Assembly: GCF_044765245.1 (NCBI RefSeq)
Contig: NZ_JBIWJO010000006.1
Coordinates: 382,697 to 446,696, forward strand
Source of the DNA: Micromonospora sp. NPDC093277
GTDB lineage: Bacteria > Actinomycetota > Actinomycetes > Mycobacteriales > Micromonosporaceae
Direction of reading: 5' to 3'
Length of the DNA: 64,000 bases
Both the position numbers and the translations under genes were made by a program. This document shows, one piece after another, positions 10,347 to 20,586 of the stretch (positions are counted from its first letter, which is position 1; each line of letters starts with the position of its first letter). Under the pieces are notes generated by a model that did not search any database, was not told the origin of the DNA, and was given only the letters and a program-made list of their open reading frames with translations.

Positions 10347-11252
10347 TCAGCTCGTCGTCGGCTCCGGTTTCCTCGCGGAGGATTCCGCGGTGACCACTAC
10401 CTGCGAGACGTCGATGTGCATGGACTCGGCGACCCGTGCACGCCACAGGTCGAAGGTGGCGCGGTCGATGGCCGGTCCGGCATACGTGGCGCGTACCCAG
10501 TTAACCGGACGATTCTGTGCGTCACGTTTCTGCCCGCTGGCGTAGCCGCTGATGCCTGTCCCCTCGACGTTGATGACCGGTGGGCCGGAGGCGGCGGGGG
10601 CGGTGGCCGACACGGTGAACCAAAGGCCGGACACCTCGACGACCCGCGCGTCTTGCACGCCGTCGAGCTTTCGCAGGTTCGCGGCGGCGTGCTCCAACTC
10701 GGGTCTCGTGACCGACTGATCGATGGCGATGGCCGGGCCACCGACCGGAGCGTCGGGAAGGACCTGCCGCAAATCCTTGAGGTAGGAGAAGTCGTGATCC
10801 CCCGGGCCAAGCGCGGAGAACACCGCCGTACGGAACTCATTCGTGGAAGAAACGTCCGACGCCTCGCGTGCCACGTCCGGCGTCCAGCTCAGGATAGGGA
10901 TTTCTGTCCAGTACTCGCGCAACGACGGGTCCAGGGAGGCGGTGGCCGACGCGGCCGGCCGCGGGCGGTTCTCGCCCCGGTCAGGCCCGACACCGCTGAC
11001 GACCGCCACCCCGATCGCCAGGAAAAGGACGACCCCGAACGCGCCGGCCGTCGCGACTCTCGCGGTTCGGCGACGCCGTGCCAGACCCTGGACCAGGTCG
11101 TACGGCGGCACGAGCGCCCGGCGGGTCGCATCGTCGGCCGCGTCCTGCAGCATTGTCCCCAGGCCGGGCAGCGGGCTCTCCGGGGCAGGCTTGCCGACCA
11201 CGGGGCTGTCGAGTTCGCGGTTCTCTCGGTCAGGATGTTGGCGTTCAGGCAT
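10347..11252 (-). CDS. anti-sigma factor, single-pass membrane protein with long extracytoplasmic domain
   Basis: Starts at ATG 11252, overlapping the stop of the upstream ECF sigma gene. TM helix (AGAFGVVLFLAIGVAVV). Cytoplasmic N-terminal region followed by about 200 aa outside. Confidence 0.6.
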   Translation of the reverse strand: MPERQHPDRENRELDSPVVGKPAPESPLPGLGTMLQDAADDATRRALVPPYDLVQGLARRRRTARVATAGAFGVVLFLAIGVAVVSGVGPDRGENRPRPAASATASLDPSLREYWTEIPILSWTPDVAREASDVSSTNEFRTAVFSALGPGDHDFSYLKDLRQVLPDAPVGGPAIAIDQSVTRPELEHAAANLRKLDGVQDARVVEVSGLWFTVSATAPAASGPPVINVEGTGISGYASGQKRDAQNRPVNWVRATYAGPAIDRATFDLWRARVAESMHIDVSQVVVTAESSARKPEPTTS

Positions 11253-11844
11253 GACGACGCTCCAAGGTTGTGATCTCGTCCGGTCGGCCGGACCGGCGCG
11301 GCTTGCCGGACCGCGGCTCGCCCGCGAGGGGCGTGGAGCCGGACTCCGGCCGGCTCCACGGATGCGAAGCGTCCGCATCTTGGAGGATCTGTCGCAGTGC
11401 GGTCCGCCCGCGCGACAGCCGGGCCTTGACCGTTCCGGACGGCACCCCGGTCTCGATGGCGACCTGATCGACGGACCGATCGCACAGGTGGTGCAGCACG
11501 ATCGCGCGTCGCTGCTCCTCGGGTAGACGTTGCAGGGCCGCCACGATCAGCGGAGTCTCCACGCCGGGCGCAGGCACGTGTGTAGCCGGCCCGTGACGCC
11601 GCCACGCCGCCAACCCGGACCGCACGGAGCGCCAACGACTGACCGCGACCCGGCGGGCGACGGTTCTGATCCACGCCTCCGGCTCGTCCCCGTCGGCGAA
11701 CCGGCGACGCCTGCTCCAGGCTCGAACAAACGCCTCTTGAACGGCGTCCTGCGCCTCCGCAAAGTCGCCGGTCAGCAGATACACCTGACCGACCAACCGC
11801 GCGAACGCCGATGCGTAGAACGCCCGGTAGTCGTCCTCTGTCAC
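11245..11844 (-). CDS. ECF (sigma-70 family group IV) RNA polymerase sigma factor
   Basis: GTG at 11844 with GAGGAGAGGG RBS. Region 2 (FARLVGQVYLLTGDFAEAQDAVQEAF). Region 4 (LPEEQRRAIVLHHLCDRSVDQVAIETGVPSGTVKARLSRGR). Confidence 0.75.
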   Translation of the reverse strand: MTEDDYRAFYASAFARLVGQVYLLTGDFAEAQDAVQEAFVRAWSRRRRFADGDEPEAWIRTVARRVAVSRWRSVRSGLAAWRRHGPATHVPAPGVETPLIVAALQRLPEEQRRAIVLHHLCDRSVDQVAIETGVPSGTVKARLSRGRTALRQILQDADASHPWSRPESGSTPLAGEPRSGKPRRSGRPDEITTLERRHA

Positions 11845-12257
11845 GCCGACACCCTCTCCTCGGTGGCTGCTCCTCCCACCCACGCAGCAGAGCGACGCCA
11901 CGGTTGCATTGGATCGAGGAAAATCCGCGGACTACTTCACCCCGGGTTGACGAGGCCGCCGCCCACGGCAGGGCGAGATCCTGCCGCCGGGCGTCACAGC
12001 CGCAGAGCAACAGCGGCAACGGCCGGCGCGGCGCCCCAGTCGACGGCACGTGCGGCCCGTCAAGGGCTGCCTTGAAGGCGCGGGGAGGGTGTTTGTGCGG
12101 GGTCCGGCTCTCTGGTTCCCGGTACGCCATGGAGCGGCCCAGCTACGTGCTCACGGTTGGTTCGTCGGGCCGGTTTGAGGGCGGCGAGCCGAGATCGTGA
12201 TAACTAAAGGGTGACTGCTTGGCGCCCGCATCACGGTCATGAGAGCAAGAGAGTGAG

Positions 12258-12278
12258 GTGGGCCACCGAGAGCCCACA
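12258..12278 (-). terminator. hairpin gtgggc..gcccac downstream of the lipoprotein gene
   Basis: Inverted repeat located in a lower-GC stretch just past the minus-strand stop at 12306. Confidence 0.25.
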
Positions 12279-12305
12279 TTGCTCCCGGCGCCACGACGGC
12301 CCGCG

Positions 12306-12911
12306 CTATGCCTGCCGGGTCAGCGTGATCATGAGATCCTTGCCGTAGCCGTCGTTCGCATTGATGAGAAACGCGTCGCCATTCCAGTACACCGAGCAAA
12401 TCTGGTGCTTGGCCCCGAAACTCCAGGACACCTGATACGTCTGAGCGTCCCTACCAACCTGCGCCGGCAGATCGCCACCGGTGTAGGTCTCGTCCACCAC
12501 GTCGGGGTATTGCTTCCGCTCCTCGTCGTTGTACCGTCGAACGATACTCACCGATGCTCCCGACAACGTGTAATCGCCATGGGCTGCCAGTTCGATGCTC
12601 AGAATCCCAGGACTGATCGTCCATTTCCCGTCGCCGAGAGTCAGGGTCCCCGTCGGGCTCGTGCCGTTTTGCTTCGGGTCGGAAACCGCGATCGCCCACG
12701 TTCCCTTGGCGAACGCCTCCAAGGTCCGCGCGGCCACCGTCGGCTTCTTGCCGCCACCGGACTTCTCGGCTTGCCCAGTCCGGTCTGCGTTGCCGCTTGG
12801 TCCGGTCCGACTGCACGCGCTGGCCACGGCAGCGAGCGCACCCAAGCCGACGTACTTCAAGGCGGTGCGCCGCCCGACGATCGATGAGAACACCCGGAAC
12901 TCGCGCCGCAT
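12306..12911 (-). CDS. hypothetical lipoprotein
   Basis: ATG at 12911. Lipobox-type signal (GLGALAAVASAC). No family recognised. Confidence 0.5.
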   Translation of the reverse strand: MRREFRVFSSIVGRRTALKYVGLGALAAVASACSRTGPSGNADRTGQAEKSGGGKKPTVAARTLEAFAKGTWAIAVSDPKQNGTSPTGTLTLGDGKWTISPGILSIELAAHGDYTLSGASVSIVRRYNDEERKQYPDVVDETYTGGDLPAQVGRDAQTYQVSWSFGAKHQICSVYWNGDAFLINANDGYGKDLMITLTRQA

Positions 12912-13728
12912 CGAAGCCTCCCCGTCGACCGTGTACCGCGAGACTAGCTTCCATCGATTGATCGCGCTGTCCACCGTGCGGCCGTCGACATCGCCGCCTT
13001 CGAGATTCCAACATTGATGACGACGGCAACTCACTCGTCTCGGCCGAAGCAGATACGCCACACGATCGATGCTGGCCCGCTGGTAACGGAACGTCACGGT
13101 GGCCGCCAGCCCATTCATGTCGTTCTCGCTGGCAGGCGGCTGTCCGGTCTCGGGGGATCAACGGCGCGATTACCGCGCGAACGGAGATGCCGGCAGGTCG
13201 GGTAGCTGCGGGGCAGGGCCGCAGCCCTCGTGCCGGCCGAAACGCCCGAGTGAAACCCCCAGGTAGGTGCGCGCGCCCTCCTTCGTGGACGCGGTCCTGA
13301 CCGGGCAGTAGTTCGAGCGCATGCCCGGCCCGTGCTGCTCCCCGGTCTGGAGGGCACCGTGCGCGGGAACGAGGAGGTCGAACCGACCGGATGAGCGGGC
13401 ACACCGCAGGAGGTGCTGGCGGGTCCATCGCCGCATTCCGCCAACCCTGCCACCCGCCGACGGCCGCGGCGAGCAGGACGCAGACGGCCAGGGCGGCAAC
13501 GCGAACCCAACTCCCCCGCTTCACACCGCCGGTGTCACCGGGCGTAGCAAATGGACCGTTGGCCGACCGGCGGCATTCCGAGCGCCTCGATGGGCCGTAC
13601 CAGGGGTTTTCGGATCACGGGAGCTGTCGGGAATGCGACCCGACGGTTGGTTGCGCAACGCGTCAACGGGTCAACTCGTCTCTACAAGAGACGGTCAAAG
13701 CGGATCGTCCGAGTGAACGGGGAGGCGT

Positions 13729-16700
13729 ATGCGTTCCAGCAGAACCAGAAGAGCGTTGCTGGCCGGGGGAATCGCCGTCGCACTGCTGACGGCCGCGCCC
13801 GGCACCGCGGGCGCCCGTCAGGCCGCCGCGCCACAGGCGGTCGAACCGGGGCCCGCCACGGCCCAGGCCCAGACGGTGACCCTGATCACCGGTGACCGGG
13901 TGACCGTGTTCGGCAACGACCGCCTCAGCGTCACACCGCGCAAGGGCGTCACGTTCCACAGCTACCGCACCGACGGGCACCAGTACGTCATCCCGTCCGA
14001 CGCGATGCCGCTGCTGCGGGCGGACCGGCTCGACCGGCGGCTGTTCGACCTCACCGAACTGCTCGCGGCGCAGGCCACCCGCCCATCGTCGCTGGGGCTG
14101 ATCGTCTCCGGCGCCACCACCGCGCCCGGTCTCTCCCCACAACGACGACTGCCTGCGGTGCGCGGCTTCGCCACCGAGACGGCCACCGACTCGCTCGCCT
14201 CCCGCTGGCAGGCGACCCGCAGCGGCCTGAAGGCGGGCAAGGTCTGGCTCGATGGCGTACGCCGGCCGGCGCTGGACCAGAGCATTCCGCTGATCGGCGC
14301 ACCCGAGGCCTGGTCCGCCGGCTTCGACGGCGCGGGGGTCCGCGTCGCGGTGCTCGACACGGGCATCGACGTCACGCACCCTGACCTGGCCGGGAAGGTA
14401 TCGGCCCGGCAGAACTTCACCGAGGGCGAGGAGGACGACCGCGACCACGTCGGCCACGGCACCCACGTCGCGTCCACCATCGCCGGCAGCGGTGCCGCCT
14501 CCGGCGGGAAGTACCGGGGCGCCGCGCCCGGCGCGTCCCTGCTCGACGGCAAGGTCTGTGTCGAGTTCGGGTGCCTGGAGTCCTGGATCGTGGCCGGCAT
14601 GCAGTGGGCCGCCGAGTCCGGGGCGGACGTCGTCAACATGAGCCTCGGCGGGCCGAACACCCCCGAGGTCGACCCGCTGGAGGAGGCCGTCAACGCCCTG
14701 ACCGCGCAGCACGGCACGCTGTTCGTCATCGCGGCGGGCAACGAGGGCGACGACGAGACCGTCGGGTCCCCGGCGACCGCCGAGGCGGCGCTGGCCGTCG
14801 CGGCGTTCACCAAGTCCGACGAGTTGGCCGACTTCTCCAGCCGGGGCCCCAGCGCCGACGGCTGGGCGGTCAAGCCCGAGATCGCCGCACCCGGCGTCGA
14901 CATCGTCGCGGCGCGCAGCAAGGACGGGTTCCTCGGCGAACCGGGGCAGCTCTACATGCCGCTGGACGGCACGTCGATGGCGACCCCGCACGTCGCGGGC
15001 GCGGCGGCGCTGCTGAGCCAGGCGCACCCCCAGTGGACCCCGGCGCAGCTCAAGGCGGCGCTCATGGCCTCTGCCAAGCCGTCGAGCGGCGTCGGCGTGT
15101 TCGCGCAGGGCGCGGGCCGGGTGGACGTGGCCCGAGCGATCAACCAGCAGGTCACGACCACGCCGACGTCGGTGACGTTCGGGTTGCAGGACTGGCCGCA
15201 CCACCAGGACGAGGTGCGCAGCAACGTCGTCACGTACCACAACGGCGGCAGCGCGGCCGTGACCCTGCGGCTCGCGCTGACCACCGACGCGCCGGACGGG
15301 ATCTTCTCGCTCAGCGCCGACACGGTCACCGTGCCGGCCGGCGGGCAGGCGTCGGTTACGCTCACCGCCGACACCCGCGCGGGCGGAGACGTGACCGGTG
15401 GCCTCGGCGGTCAGGTCACCGCGACCGCGGCCGGCGTCTCCGTGCAGACGCCCTTCGGCGTGGTCCGCGACGAGCTCAAGCACACGGTGAAGTTCACCGC
15501 GACCGAGCGCGACGGCGACCCGGCCGAGGATGCCTTCACGGTGATCACGAACAAGGACCGGAACCGGGACTACGTGCTCTTCGGCGGGAGCGGCGAGCTG
15601 CGCCTGCCCCCGGGTGAGTATTTCGCGTTCAGCTGGATCAACGAGCAGGACGGGGACAACTACAGCACCTCCCAGCTGGTGTATCCGAAGCTGTCCGTCA
15701 GCGGGCCGCAGACCGTGTCGATGGACGCCCGTGGCGGGAAGGGCTTCGACGTCACGGTGCCCGCCCCGAACGCGGTGCCGCTGCTGGTGTCGTACGACGC
15801 GATCTACGCCGAGGGCGAGAACTTCGGTTACGACGTCGGGGTCCTGGCCATGGACTTCGGCTCGATCTTCACCAAGCTGGTCGGGCCCAGGCCGACCAAG
15901 GGCCTGGGTGGCCAGCTCACCGGCACCCTGGCCGAGGTTGACGACAACGACAATCCGACCGCCACCCCGTACGTCTACAACGTCGGCTGGCACAGCAAGA
16001 ACGACCTGCTCGGCGGGCTGGTCAAGCACCTGCGGCCGAAGGACTTCGCCACGGTGACGGCCGCACACGCGGCGGCCGTGCCGGGCAGCAACGGCGTGAA
16101 ACTGGCCTTCCTCGCACCATCCGACATCGCCAGCTCCGGCTGGGCGGTCGGCTGGCCCACCCCGCTGCCGTTCACCCGGACCGAGTTCTACGCGGGTGAC
16201 GCGCCGTGGCAAAACGAGTTCAGGGCGGAACTGGCGGCCGAGGGCGACGAGTGGGCGGAGGCGCTCACCGAGCACGGCGCGCAGGCCACCTACCAGGCCG
16301 GCAAGATATACCAGGAGCAGTGGAACAAGGGTGTGTTCGGGCCGAGCGTGGCGTCGTTCTTCCCGGGCAGCGTGCCCGCGGCGCGCCAGGGCGACAGCAT
16401 GTACGTCTCGCCCGCGCTGCTCGGTGACAGCCAGGGCCGGTCCGGTTTCGGTCAGATCACCTCGGGGCGCGGGGCGCTCTACCGCGACGGCAAGCTGATC
16501 GCCGAGTCCACCGAGGGCCCGGGGGTGTACACCGACGACGTCGACCCGGCCGGGGCGACGTTCCGTTTCGACGCCAGCCTGGAGCGCGACGCACGCCTGA
16601 CCACCAGGATGTCGGTGAGCTGGACGTTCCGCTCGGCGCACACCGCCAAGCCCAAGGCGCTGCCGCTGACCGCGGTCAGTTTCGCGCCGCCGCTGGACGA

Positions 16701-16974
16701 CCACAACGTCGGCCGGGCCGGCGGCGTGGGCGTCTATCCGGTGACGATCACCCAGACCGAGGGCTCGGGACCGGTGGCCAAGCTGACCGTGCGGGCGTCG
16801 TACGACGACGGGAAGACCTGGAAGCAGGTGCCGGTGCTGAAGCGCGGCGGGTCGTGGCAGGTGCAGGTGCCGCACCCGGCGGCGGGCGGCTTCGTGTCGC
16901 TCAGGGCGTCGGGCACGGACGCGAAGGGCAGCACCTTCGACCAGACCGTCATCCGGGCGTACGAACTGCGCTGA
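13729..16974 (+). CDS. secreted S8 subtilisin-like serine peptidase with large C-terminal extension
   Basis: Signal peptide. Catalytic D (AVLDTGID), H (HGTHVASTIAG) and S (GTSMATPHVAGAAALL) in subtilase order. 1081 aa. Confidence 0.85.
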   Translation: MRSSRTRRALLAGGIAVALLTAAPGTAGARQAAAPQAVEPGPATAQAQTVTLITGDRVTVFGNDRLSVTPRKGVTFHSYRTDGHQYVIPSDAMPLLRADRLDRRLFDLTELLAAQATRPSSLGLIVSGATTAPGLSPQRRLPAVRGFATETATDSLASRWQATRSGLKAGKVWLDGVRRPALDQSIPLIGAPEAWSAGFDGAGVRVAVLDTGIDVTHPDLAGKVSARQNFTEGEEDDRDHVGHGTHVASTIAGSGAASGGKYRGAAPGASLLDGKVCVEFGCLESWIVAGMQWAAESGADVVNMSLGGPNTPEVDPLEEAVNALTAQHGTLFVIAAGNEGDDETVGSPATAEAALAVAAFTKSDELADFSSRGPSADGWAVKPEIAAPGVDIVAARSKDGFLGEPGQLYMPLDGTSMATPHVAGAAALLSQAHPQWTPAQLKAALMASAKPSSGVGVFAQGAGRVDVARAINQQVTTTPTSVTFGLQDWPHHQDEVRSNVVTYHNGGSAAVTLRLALTTDAPDGIFSLSADTVTVPAGGQASVTLTADTRAGGDVTGGLGGQVTATAAGVSVQTPFGVVRDELKHTVKFTATERDGDPAEDAFTVITNKDRNRDYVLFGGSGELRLPPGEYFAFSWINEQDGDNYSTSQLVYPKLSVSGPQTVSMDARGGKGFDVTVPAPNAVPLLVSYDAIYAEGENFGYDVGVLAMDFGSIFTKLVGPRPTKGLGGQLTGTLAEVDDNDNPTATPYVYNVGWHSKNDLLGGLVKHLRPKDFATVTAAHAAAVPGSNGVKLAFLAPSDIASSGWAVGWPTPLPFTRTEFYAGDAPWQNEFRAELAAEGDEWAEALTEHGAQATYQAGKIYQEQWNKGVFGPSVASFFPGSVPAARQGDSMYVSPALLGDSQGRSGFGQITSGRGALYRDGKLIAESTEGPGVYTDDVDPAGATFRFDASLERDARLTTRMSVSWTFRSAHTAKPKALPLTAVSFAPPLDDHNVGRAGGVGVYPVTITQTEGSGPVAKLTVRASYDDGKTWKQVPVLKRGGSWQVQVPHPAAGGFVSLRASGTDAKGSTFDQTVIRAYELR

Positions 16975-16985
16975 TCACCGCACGA

Positions 16986-17019
16986 AGGGGGCCCTGGCGG
17001 GCGTGCCGCCGGGGCCCCT
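16986..17019. terminator. bidirectional GC hairpin (agggggccc ... gggcccct) between convergent genes
   Basis: Strong inverted repeat between the subtilase stop (16974) and the oxidoreductase stop (17028). Confidence 0.4.
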
Positions 17020-17027
17020 GGCCCCGG

Positions 17028-18404
17028 TCAGCGTGCTCGCCGGTTGGCACGCAGGGCGCCGAGCACCACGCCGGGAGTGGCCAGCGACCCGGGGTGCGCG
17101 CGCATCGAGACGACCTCGTTGAACCGCCGCGCGATCCGCACGTCCGTGGTGGTCGCTTTGACGATCTGCCGGCTGACCCAGCTGGAGAACCGGTACCCGC
17201 GCGGATAGGGCCCGTCGACGTGCGGCAGCGCCAGGTCGGCGGAGGTGGACATCGACCAGGCGGCGTCGATCACCACTTTCTGCAGGGCGAAGAACCGGCG
17301 TGCCGGCTCGCCCAGATCCGGGCCGGACCGCAGATATTCCGACAGGCAGGCCGCGTGCAGGGCCGCCGCGGTCATCCCCTGACCGTAGACCGGGTTGAAC
17401 GACGCGACCGCGTCACCGACGCTGACGAGCCCGGCCGGGAGCCGCTTCGCCGCGTGGAACTCCCGCCGCCGGCTGTCGGCGTGGCGGTAGGTCTGCACGT
17501 CGCCGAGCATCTCGTTCCCGGCGACCTCGCCGAACTCCGGTGGGAACTGCTCCCGCAGCCGCCGGACGAAATCCTCCGGGGTACGCCCCGGGCGGTTCGC
17601 CCCGTACCCGGCCATCATGGCCATCCAGCGCCCGTCCTCGACGGCGAAGAACGCGGCACCGGCCACGTCCGACGACATCCTCGGACTGTGCAGCGCCAGG
17701 ACGAGCGCGAGATCCGGATTCGTCTCCGGGCGTCGGAACAGCGCCGTCGCGTAGTTCAGGTCCACGGTCATCCGGCGCGTGACGGGACGATCCCAGCCGC
17801 CGTGCTCCAGCCACTCGGACAGCCGGCTCGAACGCCCCATGGCGTCCACCACGAGATCGGCGGACTCGACACCCGGCATCCCACCCACGTCGTAACGGGC
17901 CCCGCTGGTCACGGCGCCGTCGAACACGAGACCCGTGGCGCGGGCGGCGACCGCCTTGACGTTGGGCAGCCCGAGCACGTACCGGCGGATCAGGCCTTCC
18001 AGGAGCGGCCGGCTACCCGTCAGGCTGTCGGCGTCGTCGGGTACGACCACCTTCAGGCGGCCGTCGAGATAGTTCCGTCGGGCCGGGGGCGGGGCCTCCA
18101 TCGCCCCCCGGGCCAGCGCCTGCTCGCGGAATCCGGGAAAGAGGCGTTCGAGTTGGAGGAAGCCGCCGGGCAGCAGCGCGTGCAGTTGCGTCCCCTGCGG
18201 CACGCCGGGCCGCTCGCCGCCTACCTGCAGGTCGTCCCGGTCGATGATCACGATGCTCTCCGCATGGTCGGACAGCACCCGGGCGGCCAGCAACCCGGCG
18301 ACGCTGCCGCCGAGCACGACCGCCTTGCCGAGGACCGGGTACGCCTGTTCGGGTGGTCGCACCGCGTTCAGCGCGGCGAACACCCGGGCCGGGGAGCGGA
18401 ACAT
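17028..18404 (-). CDS. FAD-dependent oxidoreductase/monooxygenase
   Basis: ATG at 18404 after GGAGAG. Dinucleotide-binding motif (VVLGGSVAGLLAARVL). GD motif (GDAVASFNPVYGQG). Confidence 0.7.
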   Translation of the reverse strand: MFRSPARVFAALNAVRPPEQAYPVLGKAVVLGGSVAGLLAARVLSDHAESIVIIDRDDLQVGGERPGVPQGTQLHALLPGGFLQLERLFPGFREQALARGAMEAPPPARRNYLDGRLKVVVPDDADSLTGSRPLLEGLIRRYVLGLPNVKAVAARATGLVFDGAVTSGARYDVGGMPGVESADLVVDAMGRSSRLSEWLEHGGWDRPVTRRMTVDLNYATALFRRPETNPDLALVLALHSPRMSSDVAGAAFFAVEDGRWMAMMAGYGANRPGRTPEDFVRRLREQFPPEFGEVAGNEMLGDVQTYRHADSRRREFHAAKRLPAGLVSVGDAVASFNPVYGQGMTAAALHAACLSEYLRSGPDLGEPARRFFALQKVVIDAAWSMSTSADLALPHVDGPYPRGYRFSSWVSRQIVKATTTDVRIARRFNEVVSMRAHPGSLATPGVVLGALRANRRAR

Positions 18405-18559
18405 CGTGCTCTCCAAGGGGTGGGAGGTTGTCCTGTCCACGCGAACCTGTCGGAGTCCACGCGATCATGTCGTGTGATTTGTCGGCGTCCGGACTTAGAG
18501 CGACCGGCAATAGGTAGGGCGCCTGAGCGGACGGACCCCGAGGTAGCAAGCAGGCACGG

Positions 18560-19480
18560 GTCCATTGATCATCGGAGTTCTCTACGCTTCGTGACCGATG
18601 GAGTCCCGTGCCCGCGCTGCCATCTTCGTTGTTCGAACCTGTCTGGGTCCAGTTCGCCGCGCTGTGGCCTGAGCAACCCGGGTTTGATCCGGCGCATCCG
18701 CTGGGCTGTCACCGGCGTCGGATCCCTGACCGGGTCGTGTTCGAGCACGTCATCGCCGCTTTGGTGCATGGTTCCGGCTATGAACGCGTCGCGTCGGATG
18801 CCTGCTCGGACCGGACGATTCGCCGCCGGCTGCGGTCGTGGGCCGAGGCCGGTCTCGGCGAGCAACTCCACGAGCTGGCCTTGGACGCCTACGACCGCAT
18901 GATTGGCCTGGACCTGACCGACGTCAGCGCCGACGGCGCGATCACCAAGGCCCCGTGCGGTGGTGACCGGGCCGGCCGGTCTCCGGTCGACCGCGGCAAG
19001 GGCGGCATGAAACGCTCGACCGGCGTCGATGGCTACGGCATCCCGCTCGGGATCATCGGCGCCCCGGCCAACCGGCACGACTCCCCACTGCTGCGTGACA
19101 CCTTCGCCGCGTGCAGCATCCAGTTGCGGCATCACTGGCCCGAACGGGTCACCGCACACCTGGACCGCGGCTACGACAGCAATCGAACCCGTGACCTGCT
19201 CAAAGAGATCGGCTTCGACGCCGAGATCGCCCGCAAGGGAGTGCCAGCCCCCGTCCAGATCGGCAAACGCTAGGTGGTGGAAAGGACCAACGCATGGATG
19301 AACGGCTTCGGCAAGATCCGCCGCTGCACCGACCGCAACGCCACAATCATCGACTTCTACCTGTACCTGGCAGCCGCGATCGTCACGATCCGTCAACTCA
19401 TCCAACGCGCCCGCACGCTCTACCGCTGGGACACCCGACCCACCACCCGCAGGCTCAGGTAACACAGCAACGCCGTAGCA
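18560..19480 (+). mobile_element. IS5-family insertion sequence (boundaries approximate)
   Basis: Contains a DDE_Tnp_1-type transposase reading frame. Local GC drop 3' of it. Inverted repeats could not be defined by eye. Confidence 0.5.
18608..19462 (+). pseudogene. IS5-family transposase interrupted by in-frame TAG (19271-19273)
   Basis: ORFs 18608..19273 and 19274..19462 are in the same frame, separated only by TAG. The conserved motif RWVVERTNAWMNGFGKIRR spans the stop. Confidence 0.65.
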
Positions 19481-19724
19481 CCAGACGCATCGTCGGAGAA
19501 TGTGTCGACGCAAAGCCCAACGTCCGGTAGAGCGGCTCGCCATCTCGGGAAGCCCGTAAATCCACTCTCGTAACCCCCCCGCTGTTGATACCAGCCGAGG
19601 AGCGCCAGCATGCAAGCCCGCGAATAGCCACGTCTACGGCAGTCACGATCCGTGGCCACATTGAAGACGTACCCCACGTCGCCGCTGGGGTTGTCCGGAC
19701 CACCCAGACGGTGCTGACGGGCTG

Positions 19725-20291
19725 TTGGACGGATTCGAGGTCGGTTACGTCGCCGAGGACGGTACGCAGCACCGGCTGCCGTTGACGGCCGTCTGGACCG
19801 TGCGGTTCGAGGCGACGGCCCCGGTGCGGCGGTTCACCGCGCGGAAGGAACAGCGGCACCTGCCGGGCCGGTGGTGGTCGGCCACCGATGGCGCCCACGT
19901 GGGCTACGAGTCGTGGCTGGAACGCAATCATGTGATGGCGTTGGACTTCGAACCGGCGGTGGTCGGGATCGCCTCGCAGCCGTTCTGGCTGTCCTGGCGC
20001 ACGCCGGAGGGCCCGGTTCGGTCGCACGCGCCGGACTACTTCGCCCGCCGATCGGACGGTTCCGCGATGGTGGTCGACTGCCGGCCAGCGGAGCGGCGCC
20101 CGGCCAGGGACCTGGCCGCATTCGAGGCGACGCGGCGGGCGTGTGAGCTGCTGGATTGGGAGTACCGGCTGGTGGGCGCACCGGATGCGATCGTGACGGC
20201 GAACCTACGCTGGCTGGCCGGGTACCGGCATCCCCGCGAGGACGCGGCGAAGCGTTGGGGACTCCGCGCACTGGCAGAGGCGCCGGTCTAG
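19725..20291 (+). CDS. TnsA-like endonuclease N-terminal domain protein (solitary)
   Basis: Motifs YESWLERNHVMALDFEPAVVGIASQPFWLSW...HAPDYFARRSDGSAMVVDCRP are typical of actinobacterial TnsA-like proteins. No TnsB/TnsC nearby. Confidence 0.55.
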   Translation: MDGFEVGYVAEDGTQHRLPLTAVWTVRFEATAPVRRFTARKEQRHLPGRWWSATDGAHVGYESWLERNHVMALDFEPAVVGIASQPFWLSWRTPEGPVRSHAPDYFARRSDGSAMVVDCRPAERRPARDLAAFEATRRACELLDWEYRLVGAPDAIVTANLRWLAGYRHPREDAAKRWGLRALAEAPV

Positions 20292-20586
20292 CGCTGAGCA
20301 GTCCGACCGTGTCCATCGGGACGTCCCGGTCGAGAGTTCAGATGCCATCGGTACGCAGCCGGGTAACGGGTAGGCCGCGCCCTGCACCTGTCTGATCTTC
20401 GACGCGGGGCCAAGTTCCGCGATCAGCGCACCCAGGTCGGTCTGCGCACCGCTTCACAGCGGACAAGCCTGACGCCGAGACCCGCTTTCCGTGTCTACAA
20501 CCAGAGCCGTGCTGCGCGACCGGGGCTGGCACGGCGGGTTGTATATCCAGTATAGTACCGGACATGATATCGAGTGTGGTGACGTC

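Noticed and set aside
13663-16875. 1070-aa minus-strand ORF antisense to the subtilase gene
   Set aside because: No motifs and extreme Arg/Gly content. The plus-strand frame has a complete S8 catalytic triad.
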